A stretch of 64,000 bases of DNA from Labilithrix sp. (GTDB lineage Bacteria > Myxococcota_A > Polyangia > Polyangiales > Polyangiaceae): assembly GCA_046351255.1 (NCBI GenBank), contig JAXLYU010000009.1, positions 421,975-485,974 on the forward strand. The letters run 5' to 3'. Position 1 is the first letter of the stretch; every line of letters begins with the position of its first letter. The notes beneath the pieces were generated by a model. That model was not told the DNA's origin. It did not search any database and worked only from the letters and a program-made list of their open reading frames with translations. The position numbers were made by a program, and so were the translations under genes. Positions 38,228-46,565 of this stretch are shown here, piece by piece.

Positions 38228-39115
38228 CATGACCAGCGCGTGCGCGGCGGCGACGTCGCGCACGCCGATGCGACTCCCGGCCAGCGCCGCGTGCAGATAA
38301 GGCACGAGGAGGGGGCTGCCGGTCGCGCCGGTGGTGACGTGCGGCGCCTCGATGCCGCGCCACCAGAGCGACGTGGCGGTCGGATCTTCCTCCGTGGCGA
38401 GGAGCTCGGCGGAGGCGCGCTCGCCGACGATCCGCAGGTGGACGTCGCTTCGCGCGGGCGCATCGAGTCGGATACGGACGAACGCGATCGTGCCGTCGTC
38501 GAAGGCGAGCGCGACCTCGCCCCCGAGGCGGCTGTCGCGGAACGACGTGCGCACCGCGGGGCGGTTCACGCACCAGAGCAGGAGGTCGACGGCGTGGACG
38601 CCGATCGAGAGGAGTGCGCCGCAGGGCCACGCCGCCTGGTCGCGCGCGCGCCAGTACGCGTCGTCGCGCGCGATCCGCAGATCGCAGGCGATCCGCGGAC
38701 GACCCCCGAACGCGCTCGACGCGAACGCGGCCCGGAGCTGGTGCGCGCTCCGGCCCGCGCGCCACTGGAGGATCGGGACGACGCCCGGGAGCCGGCCGAG
38801 CCGCGCCAGCTCGCTGGTGTCGCACGCCACGGGCTTCTCGAGGAAGGTGATGCGTCCTGGCCTCGCCAGCGCCTCCGCGTGCTCCACGTGAAAGGCGGGC
38901 GGGCTGCAGATCGCGACCACGTCTGCGCTCTCGACCGACCGGGCGTCGAGGCCCCGCAGGGGAAGGGCGCTCGTGAGATCCGCCAGCCACTCCGCGCGCG
39001 CGCGCTCCGGATCGTAGACCGCGCTGATGCGGACGCCGGCGGAGCGGAGCGCGAGCGCGTGCAAGAACCCCGATGCTCCGGCCCCGACGATCAGCGCTTC
39101 CATTTCCTCGAGCAT
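38168..39115 (-). CDS. Gfo/Idh/MocA-family oxidoreductase
   Basis: Rossmann 'ALIVGAGASG'. There is a 60-nt convergent overlap with the amidohydrolase 3' end. Confidence 0.6.
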   Translation of the reverse strand: MLEEMEALIVGAGASGFLHALALRSAGVRISAVYDPERARAEWLADLTSALPLRGLDARSVESADVVAICSPPAFHVEHAEALARPGRITFLEKPVACDTSELARLGRLPGVVPILQWRAGRSAHQLRAAFASSAFGGRPRIACDLRIARDDAYWRARDQAAWPCGALLSIGVHAVDLLLWCVNRPAVRTSFRDSRLGGEVALAFDDGTIAFVRIRLDAPARSDVHLRIVGERASAELLATEEDPTATSLWWRGIEAPHVTTGATGSPLLVPYLHAALAGSRIGVRDVAAAHALVMSDALGAIEHGVEKDVASGF

Positions 39116-39163
39116 GCGCGCTGGCCAGGGCCCGCGCGGCTGACACGCGCTGACTTGTGCCGT

Positions 39164-40843
39164 CTATTCGACGCGGACGGTCACGTCCGGATCGAGCAGA
39201 TAGCCCTCGTCCCGCGTCACGAGGACGTCGCCGAGGCCGAGGCCGCGGAGGCGACGGATCGTCGTGTAGACGCGGAGCGTGGCCGCCTCGTGCTGCATCT
39301 TCTCTCCCGGCCAACCCGCCTCGATCATGTCGAGCGTGCTCATGGCGGCGCCGGGGCGGTCGCGCCGCAGGAGGGCGAGGGCCCACAAGATGCGACGCAC
39401 CGGGCCGTGTCGCGCGAGGTCGTGCGTCTCGCCCGTCGGCAAGGTGAGGGCGCGGCCCTCGCTCGCGACGAAGAAGCTCTTCGCGGGCTCGAGCGCGTCG
39501 TGTTCGACCAGCGAGCGCACGAGCTTCGACGCGGGCATGCTCGAGAGGCTCGCCGCGGCGCGCGCCTCGAGGAGGCGGGCGCGCTCGGTCTCCGCGTCGC
39601 CGCGAGCGCGAGCGTCGAGGGCGAGGCGCGCGAGGGCGAGCGCCTCGCGCCAGCGCTGTCCCTTCGCGCGGAGCTCGTCGACCTGCGACGCGAGATGGCT
39701 CACGTCGGCGCCGCCCTCCGAGGGGAGGAGCTCCATCATGCCGCGCACCGCGGACTCTCGCGGTGCATCGCGCATCACGACGTGAATCGCGAGCGCCTCC
39801 GCGAGCAGCGCGCGCGCGGCGCTCGGATCGCCGGTCATGAGCGAGAGGATCCCGAGGCCGGCGGTGGCGTCGGCCTGGCCGCGCGGCTCGCCTTCCGCGA
39901 GCGTGCGCGCCTCCGTGAACGCAGCACGCGCCTCGTCGAGGTTGGTGAGTGCGAGGGCGGCCCACGCGTTCCCGCGGAGCGCGTCCGCGCGGAGCTCGTC
40001 GTTCGCGAGCTCGCGCGCCTCCTTCGTCAGCTTCGCGGCGCCGGCGGGATCGCCTCGCTCGAGCATGGCGCGACCGGCCACCAGGCGCGCGCGTACGCGG
40101 GGCTCCAGCGTCTGGCCCGCGTCGGCGACCTCGACCGCGCGCAGGAACGCGGGCGCGTCGAACGAGGTCGCGTCGCCGAAGAAGATCGCATCGGAGGCGG
40201 CGGTCCAGAGGAGAAGGCCCTTCGCGGCGGAGGCCTCCGTGAAGAGCGCCCGCGCCGCGAGCGGCACCGCGGCGCCGAGCTCCGTCAGCGTCGCGCGCGA
40301 GCTCGGGCCGTAGCTGGACGAGCGGAGCGCCTCCGCGCGTGCGACCCACGCGTCGAGCCATCGCTCGGGCGCGTCGCCGAGCGAGCCTTTCGCGCGCAGG
40401 AATGCCCGCACCGCATAAGGGACGAGGAACGTGACGACGCCCGCGCGCGTCGTGCGCCGGAGCAAGCGCGCCTCCTCGAGGCGGCAGATCCCCTCGATCG
40501 ACACGTCGGGGAGCACCGCCTCGAGCACGTCCCACGCGAAGGGCGCGTCGCACGCGGCGAGCGTGCCGAGGAGCGCGGCGTCCTCCGCGCTCAGCGTCTC
40601 GGTCGCTCTCGCGACGTCCTCGTGCCACGGCGCCTTCGCGAGCGAGGACCAGCTCACGATACGCGTGCGCAGCGGGCCCCAGCCGAGCGTCTTCGCGAGC
40701 GAGGCCGCCCACTTGAGGACGGGGGGCTCGCAGTCGAGCATGCTCGCGATCTCGGTGAGCTCGCCCTCGAGGCTCGACTCGCTCGAGAGCATGACGACCG
40801 CATCGTCCAGCGGAATGGGGTCGAAGCCCTGCAGCACCGGCAC
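39164..40843 (-). CDS. large regulatory protein with TPR-like helical repeats and C-terminal OmpR/PhoB-type winged-helix DNA-binding domain
   Basis: The C-terminus 'ATLRVYTTIRRLRGLGLGDVLVTRDEGYLL' fits trans_reg_C. The middle region is Ala/Leu-rich helical repeats. Confidence 0.55.
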   Translation of the reverse strand: MPVLQGFDPIPLDDAVVMLSSESSLEGELTEIASMLDCEPPVLKWAASLAKTLGWGPLRTRIVSWSSLAKAPWHEDVARATETLSAEDAALLGTLAACDAPFAWDVLEAVLPDVSIEGICRLEEARLLRRTTRAGVVTFLVPYAVRAFLRAKGSLGDAPERWLDAWVARAEALRSSSYGPSSRATLTELGAAVPLAARALFTEASAAKGLLLWTAASDAIFFGDATSFDAPAFLRAVEVADAGQTLEPRVRARLVAGRAMLERGDPAGAAKLTKEARELANDELRADALRGNAWAALALTNLDEARAAFTEARTLAEGEPRGQADATAGLGILSLMTGDPSAARALLAEALAIHVVMRDAPRESAVRGMMELLPSEGGADVSHLASQVDELRAKGQRWREALALARLALDARARGDAETERARLLEARAAASLSSMPASKLVRSLVEHDALEPAKSFFVASEGRALTLPTGETHDLARHGPVRRILWALALLRRDRPGAAMSTLDMIEAGWPGEKMQHEAATLRVYTTIRRLRGLGLGDVLVTRDEGYLLDPDVTVRVE

Positions 40844-40955
40844 GCTCGTTACTCTACCTCACGCGCCGCGCAGGGGGGCGACCGGGCGCCGCCGCTCGAG
40901 CGTCGAGGAGGTCGTCCCCGACGCTCGAGCGGCGTAGTCTGCCGGTTCTCACCCC

Positions 40956-42008
40956 ATGATCTTCCGTCAGCTCTTCGACCAGGTCTCGAGCACGTACACG
41001 TACCTTCTCGCCGACGAGGCGACGCGGGAAGCGATCTTGATCGATCCCGTCTTCGAGCGACACGTGCGCGATGCGGCGCTCGTGCGCGAGCTCGACCTGA
41101 AGCTGCTCTACACCGTCGACACCCACTGTCACGCCGACCACGTCACGGGCGCGTGGCTCATGAAGGAGGCGTTCGGCAGCAAGGCCGCGCTCGCGAAGGC
41201 GGTCGGCGCGGAGCACATCGACGTGCCGCTCCAGCATGGGGACGTGATCCGCTTCGGGAAGGAGGCGATCGAGGTGCGCGCCACGCCGGGTCACACCGAC
41301 GGCTGTCTCTCGTTCGTCACGCCGGATCGAACGATGGTCTTCACGGGCGACGCGCTCCTCGTGCGCGGCGCGGGGCGTACCGACTTCCAGCAGGGCGACC
41401 CCGCGCTCCTCTATCAGTCGATCCAGCAACAGCTCTTCTCGCTGCCCGACGACTGTGTCGTCTATCCGGCGCACGACTACGACGGCCGCACGTCGAGCAC
41501 GATCGGCGAGGAGAAGAAGTTCAACGCGCGCATCGGTGGCAACGCCCGCGAGGAGGACTTCGTCGGTTACATGCTCAATCTCTCGCTACCGCATCCGAAG
41601 CAGCTCGATATCGCGGTCCCGGCGAACATGCGCGGCGGCAAGACGGAGGACGGAAAGATCCCCGCGGCGCCATCGTGGGGGCCGCTCGTCACCACGTACG
41701 CGGGAGTCCTCGAGATCAAACCGGACTGGGTCGCGCGCCATCGCGATGACGTGCACATCCTCGACGTGCGCGCCCCCGCCGAGCTGAGCGGAGAGCTCGG
41801 TCACTTGATGGGCGCGCTCAACATCCCGCTCGAGGAGCTGCGCGCGCGCACGGGCGAAGTCAAATCGGACAAGCCCGTCGTGGTGGTGTGCCAGACGGGG
41901 CGCCGCTCGGCGATCGCCACGCAGATCCTCGCGAGAGCGGGGTTCGCCAAGGTGGCCAATCTGGCCGGCGGCATGCTCGCGTGGCGCGACCTCGCGCTGC
42001 CGATGTGA
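40956..42008 (+). CDS. persulfide dioxygenase (ETHE1-like MBL-fold)–rhodanese fusion
   Basis: MBL motif 'HCHADH' and a C-terminal rhodanese active site 'CQTGRRS'. Confidence 0.75.
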   Translation: MIFRQLFDQVSSTYTYLLADEATREAILIDPVFERHVRDAALVRELDLKLLYTVDTHCHADHVTGAWLMKEAFGSKAALAKAVGAEHIDVPLQHGDVIRFGKEAIEVRATPGHTDGCLSFVTPDRTMVFTGDALLVRGAGRTDFQQGDPALLYQSIQQQLFSLPDDCVVYPAHDYDGRTSSTIGEEKKFNARIGGNAREEDFVGYMLNLSLPHPKQLDIAVPANMRGGKTEDGKIPAAPSWGPLVTTYAGVLEIKPDWVARHRDDVHILDVRAPAELSGELGHLMGALNIPLEELRARTGEVKSDKPVVVVCQTGRRSAIATQILARAGFAKVANLAGGMLAWRDLALPM

Positions 42009-42015
42009 TGGGAGC

Positions 42016-42570
42016 TCAGAACGAGAAGCGGTAGTTCGCGCCGTCGAGGCTGTCCCAGTTGCCCTCGTCGTCGAGCGCGACGGCGACCTGGACGTTCCAT
42101 GCGAGGCGGTGACCGCTGCCATCGTACGCCGCCGACTTCAGCTCGGGCTGGTCGCGGAACGTGAAGCGCTTCGAGGCGGTGCACGTGAAGTACTGATCGC
42201 CGGAGGTGTCGTGGCCGAGGCCGCCGCTGGGCTCTTCGTGACACTCCGTGACGTCGGCCTTCTGGAAGTCGTCGCCGCCGTTCAGGGCGACATAGAAGCC
42301 GACGCTCTTCTTCTGCGGCGCGGCGTCGTTCTTCTGCGACCACGCGTAGCGGAGCGAGAGGCCGCTGTCGTCGATGTTCCAGCAGCTCGCCATCGGCGGT
42401 CGCGCTGCGCTCACGGTGATCGCGCCCTGCGTCTGTGCGAGGTCGAGGCCGCTGCACCCGGACGTATCGAGGTTCGACTCGTCGGACGACGCGTTGTCGT
42501 CGTGAGGGGCCGCGCAGCCCATGGCAGAACCGAGGGCGGCGATCGCGAGGGGAAGGAGGCAAAGCTTCAT
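42016..42570 (-). CDS. secreted Cys-containing hypothetical protein
   Basis: Start MKLCLLPLAIAALGSAMG (signal peptide). It lies 44 nt downstream of the radical SAM gene. Confidence 0.5.
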   Translation of the reverse strand: MKLCLLPLAIAALGSAMGCAAPHDDNASSDESNLDTSGCSGLDLAQTQGAITVSAARPPMASCWNIDDSGLSLRYAWSQKNDAAPQKKSVGFYVALNGGDDFQKADVTECHEEPSGGLGHDTSGDQYFTCTASKRFTFRDQPELKSAAYDGSGHRLAWNVQVAVALDDEGNWDSLDGANYRFSF

Positions 42571-42635
42571 GGCCCCGTAGGTCTCCCACATGTAGGCCCT
42601 TTGTCCACCTCAAACCGCTAACTTATGAGAATCGC

Positions 42636-44711
42636 TCAAGTTCGCGTCGAGCTCGTGGCGTGCGAGGGGCGGCGGCCCTTCACCTTGCGCGGCTTTCGCA
42701 CGGGCATCGGCTCGTCGCCGGCGCGGAACGCGAGGCGCACGGGCTTCGGCGCAAGAGATGGTGTCTTCGACGCGAGCGCCTCGTACGGCGCGCGACCGAC
42801 CGCGCGTCGCTCGTTGACGAGCGTCGCCCAGATGCCGCCCTCGCGGGCCTCCGCCCGCTCGCACTCGCGCGGGTCGAAGCGCAGCTCCGCCTCGAACTCC
42901 GTCGTGTCGCCCAGGATCTCGTCGTTCATGCCGAGCTCGGCGAGCTCGCGGAACGCGCCCTTGCCGCGGCGGTCGTACGTGAGGATCGTGTGTGCGGTGG
43001 AGACCGCGCCCGCCCAGGGATAGGAGCGAAGCGCCCAGCCGCTCGAGAGCTCGTTCAGACGATCGTCGACCTCCGCGCGCTCGTCGTCGGTCTTCCACGG
43101 TGAGTCCGGCGCGAAGAAGATGCCGAGGCCGAAGTGGTCGCCCTCGAGCTCCCACGTCTCGCGGATGCCGAAGCGATCGGGAGACTGCGCGACGAGCGAG
43201 CCGTGTGTGAGGCCGAACTCGCCGACGATGTAGACCGCGAGGTCGTCCCGGTGTTCGTCGAGGAAGTCGAGGGTGGAGAGCGCTTCGTCCGCGGTCTCGG
43301 TCGGGAACTCCGTGAAGCACATCGCCTCGGCCGCGATGCCCGAGGTCGTGAGGCGCGCCATGACGTCCGATACGACCTCGATCGGCGCGCCCTTGTCGAT
43401 CAGCTCGAGGACGCGGTTCGAGGCGGACTCGACGCCGAGCGCGCACGCCACGGCGCCCGCCTTGCGGAGGAGGTCGGCGCGCTCCTGCGTCAGGTACTTC
43501 TCCGGCTTCAGGTCGGTCGCCCAGCGAATATCGAGGCCCGCGTCGACGATCGCCTGGGAGAGCTTGACGAGCGTCTTCGGCGCGACCGAGTCTTGCGAGA
43601 AATAGAAGTATCTCGTCCCGTAGTTCTCGGAGAGCGCCCGGAGATGATCGGTAATCCCCGCCACGTCGCGCTCGCGATATGCGGCCGTCCCGACCTCGGC
43701 GAGTCCGTAATGGCAAAACGTGCATTTGCCCCAGTAACAGCCGCGCGTCGGGTCGTAAGGGAGCACGAGCCGGGGCGCCAGATATTGCTTCAGCGGCAGG
43801 CCGTCGAAGTCCGGCGGGGGGAGGACCTTTAGGTTCTCCATCCCGTGGCCGGCCATCCAGCGCGCGCCCATCAGCTTGTCGCGCACGACGACGTTGGCGC
43901 ACTCGCGGAGCGGCGTGCCGCTCTCGAGCGCGCGCACCAGCGCGAGGAGCGTGTGCTCACCCTCGTATACGCAGGCCGAGTCGAACGGCCCGAGCGCCCG
44001 CGCCAGCCGCTGGCCGGAGAGGCGAATGAGCATCTGCGTGATGCCCGGGCCGCCGCAGGTGACGTGCAGGTGGGGGAGCGCCCGCTTGATCTTGAGCGCG
44101 AACGCGTACGCCGGCTGGAGCTGACCAGGGAAGCAGACCGACAGACCGACGACGCCGACGTTCGCCTCGCGGAGACGGGGGACGAGCGTGTCCGTCACGT
44201 AGTCGTCGAAGGGATCCGCGTCCGGCCGCGCGCTCCGCTCGATCTCCTCCATCGTCGTGAGGCCGAGCGGCGTGCGGTACGCCGTGAAGTCGAGGTGGAG
44301 CGGGAAGTGCGTGGCGGAGACGACGCGCAGCGCGGCCTCGATCGTCGCGACGGCGGCGCCGTACGCGTCCGGATCGTGGAACGCCGCCTCGTCGCGCATC
44401 GTGGCCTTCGCCTCCTCGATGCCGGACGGCACGGCGCGGGCTTCGCCGCGCGCGCGGACGAGGCCGGCGTACTCGAGCTGCTCCTGATGGGAGAGGGCCC
44501 GCTGCCCGTCGAGCTCGGCGAGCCGGGCCTCGAGGCGGTCCCGCAGCTGCGCCAATCGATCGGCGGAGAGGAGGGCATCGAAGGCCTCGACGTTGGCGTC
44601 GATCGGCAGCACGTCGACGCCCTCGGACCGCAGAAATCCCGTGAGCATCGGCACCGCGAGGTACGGCGCGGTCGGGTCACAGGTCGGCGGATAGACGAGC
44701 GCGACGCGCAT
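42636..44711 (-). CDS. B12-binding-domain radical SAM protein with long C-terminal extension
   Basis: N-terminal 'MRVALVYPP' B12-binding-type fold. The Cys cluster '[14 protein letters not shown]' has Cx4Cx2C spacing. A ~220-aa C-terminal extension follows. Confidence 0.7.
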   Translation of the reverse strand: MRVALVYPPTCDPTAPYLAVPMLTGFLRSEGVDVLPIDANVEAFDALLSADRLAQLRDRLEARLAELDGQRALSHQEQLEYAGLVRARGEARAVPSGIEEAKATMRDEAAFHDPDAYGAAVATIEAALRVVSATHFPLHLDFTAYRTPLGLTTMEEIERSARPDADPFDDYVTDTLVPRLREANVGVVGLSVCFPGQLQPAYAFALKIKRALPHLHVTCGGPGITQMLIRLSGQRLARALGPFDSACVYEGEHTLLALVRALESGTPLRECANVVVRDKLMGARWMAGHGMENLKVLPPPDFDGLPLKQYLAPRLVLPYDPTRGCYWGKCTFCHYGLAEVGTAAYRERDVAGITDHLRALSENYGTRYFYFSQDSVAPKTLVKLSQAIVDAGLDIRWATDLKPEKYLTQERADLLRKAGAVACALGVESASNRVLELIDKGAPIEVVSDVMARLTTSGIAAEAMCFTEFPTETADEALSTLDFLDEHRDDLAVYIVGEFGLTHGSLVAQSPDRFGIRETWELEGDHFGLGIFFAPDSPWKTDDERAEVDDRLNELSSGWALRSYPWAGAVSTAHTILTYDRRGKGAFRELAELGMNDEILGDTTEFEAELRFDPRECERAEAREGGIWATLVNERRAVGRAPYEALASKTPSLAPKPVRLAFRAGDEPMPVRKPRKVKGRRPSHATSSTRT

Positions 44712-44743
44712 GGCGGCGGGTCCGTAGCACGCCACCGGCCCGC

Positions 44744-45662
44744 ATGCCCGTGATACGCCGCAAAATCATGAGCCTGCTCCAGCTCTTGGGCCTCCGGCAC
44801 CCCATTCTTCAGGCCCCGATGGCCGGCGTCTCGACCCCTGCCATGGCGGCCGCGGTCTCGCGTGCGGGCGGCCTCGGCGCGCTCGGGGTGGGCTCGAGCA
44901 CGCCCGAAGGCGCCCGGAAGGCGATCGCGGAGACCCGGGCCCTGGCCCCGGCCGCGCCGCTCCAGGTGAACGTCTTCTGCCATCGCCCCGCGACGCCAGA
45001 CCCCGCGCGCGAGGCGGCCTGGTCCGCGCGGCTCCCGTTCGCGGAGTACGGCGCGGCGCCTCCCGCGACACTCACGGAGATCTACCGGAGCTTCGTCGTC
45101 GACGACGCGATGCTCGCCATGCTCGTCGCGGAGCGGCCGGAGGTCGTGAGCTTCCACTTCGGGCTCCCGAAGCCGGCGGCGATCCGCGCGCTCCGCGACG
45201 CCGGCATCCTGCTCCTCGCCTGCGCCACGTCGCTCGCCGAGGCGCGCCTCTGTGCCGACGCCGGCGTTCACGCGGTCGTGGCGCAAGGCTGGGAGGCGGG
45301 CGGGCGCCGCGGCTGCCTCGCTCGGCACCGCGTTCATCGCTTGCCGGGAGTCGAGCGCGGACGAGCACCATCGCCGTGCGCTTCTCGGCGACGCCGGCCA
45401 TCACACGACGATGACCCGCGCCGTGTCGGGACGCCCCGCGCGCTGCCTCGCCAATCGATTCACGGAGATCGGGAATGCGACGCCGGACGGCGCGATTCCC
45501 GACTACCCGATCGCGTACGACGCCGGGAAAGCGCTCCACGCGGCCGCGAAGGCCAAAGGGGAATACGGATTCGGCGCGCAGTGGGCGGGGCAAGGCGCGC
45601 CGCTCGCGCGGGCGATGCCAGCAGCGGACCTCGTCGAGAGGCTCGCGGACGAGCTGCGGTGA
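44744..45662 (+). pseudogene. nitronate monooxygenase (NMO/2-nitropropane dioxygenase) disrupted by an internal deletion and frameshift
   Basis: The N-terminal 186 codons (…HFGLP…[10 protein letters not shown]) are in one frame. The C-terminal '[11 protein letters not shown]…' continues in another frame from ~45300. About 33 residues between them are missing compared with NMO family members. Confidence 0.6.
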
Positions 45663-45668
45663 CCCGCG

Positions 45669-46565
45669 TCAGCCGAGGGCGATGTCGTCCTGGTCCATCA
45701 GGAGATACTGATTGGCGAGGCCTTTCAGCATGTCGAGCGCGACCTGGATGTGCATCTCCGAGATGACGAGGAAATCTTCGTATTCGATCCGGTACGCGAT
45801 GATGTCCGTCTCCGCGGCCGCGTCGTACGAGCGAGGCAGACCTCCCCAGAGGTCCATGACGCCGAGCGTGAAATCGGAGGCGACGTCGACGCTCTCGCCC
45901 GACGGGATCGTGCAGTGAATGCGCCCATACTCCACGTGGAGCGCGTACGTGCACGGATCGCCAGCCTTCCAGAAGCGGTGCCCCGCCGGCACGCGCACCT
46001 CGACCATGCGCCGCGCGAGATCGACGAGTGCATCGATGTTCATGTGTACGAACGGGCCTTTCCGTAGCTCGATGAGCTGTTCGACGAGCGTGCGCGGTCG
46101 GTCGTAATAGTCGCCGATATCCGCCTTGGGCGGCCGCTTCGGGTCCGCCGGCAGGCGATGGCGCATGCGGGAGAGGAGCGTCGCGAGGAAGCGGAGGGCG
46201 TTGCGAAGGAGAGAGAAGTTCTCCTCCAGCGCGGAGCGATATCCCTTTACCGGGATCTCGAGCGTCCGCGTGTCGATCTCCGCGATCGCGTCCTGGGTGC
46301 GCGCCTCCGCCATCACGTTGAGGAGCCCGAAGCCGCGGCGCTGCTTGATGACCGCGTCGGGCAGCCTCGGTCGCTTGATCACGACCTGGCCCTCGATGAC
46401 GACGTGGATGACGCTCGGCTCGTCGCCTGCGCGGACGAGGTATTCCCCGGCGCGGTACGATCGCTCGCGCGCATTCTCGACGAGCAGGAGCAGGCCCTCG
46501 TCATCGAGTCCGCCGAACTCCTCGAGGGAGCGAAGGAGGAGGAGCCGGTCGCGGATCTCGGTCAT
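45669..46565 (-). CDS. tandem cyclic-nucleotide-binding-domain protein
   Basis: Start MTEIRDR with an ATGA overlap to the upstream gene's stop, and two cNMP-binding-like segments. The 899-aa ORF extension beyond this is a shadow. Confidence 0.6.
   Translation of the reverse strand: MTEIRDRLLLLRSLEEFGGLDDEGLLLLVENARERSYRAGEYLVRAGDEPSVIHVVIEGQVVIKRPRLPDAVIKQRRGFGLLNVMAEARTQDAIAEIDTRTLEIPVKGYRSALEENFSLLRNALRFLATLLSRMRHRLPADPKRPPKADIGDYYDRPRTLVEQLIELRKGPFVHMNIDALVDLARRMVEVRVPAGHRFWKAGDPCTYALHVEYGRIHCTIPSGESVDVASDFTLGVMDLWGGLPRSYDAAAETDIIAYRIEYEDFLVISEMHIQVALDMLKGLANQYLLMDQDDIALG

Noticed and set aside
38130-41749. 860-aa (-) and 1169-aa (+) ORFs
   Set aside because: They overlap the oxidoreductase, regulator and ETHE1-rhodanese genes and have extreme Arg/Gly/Ala composition.
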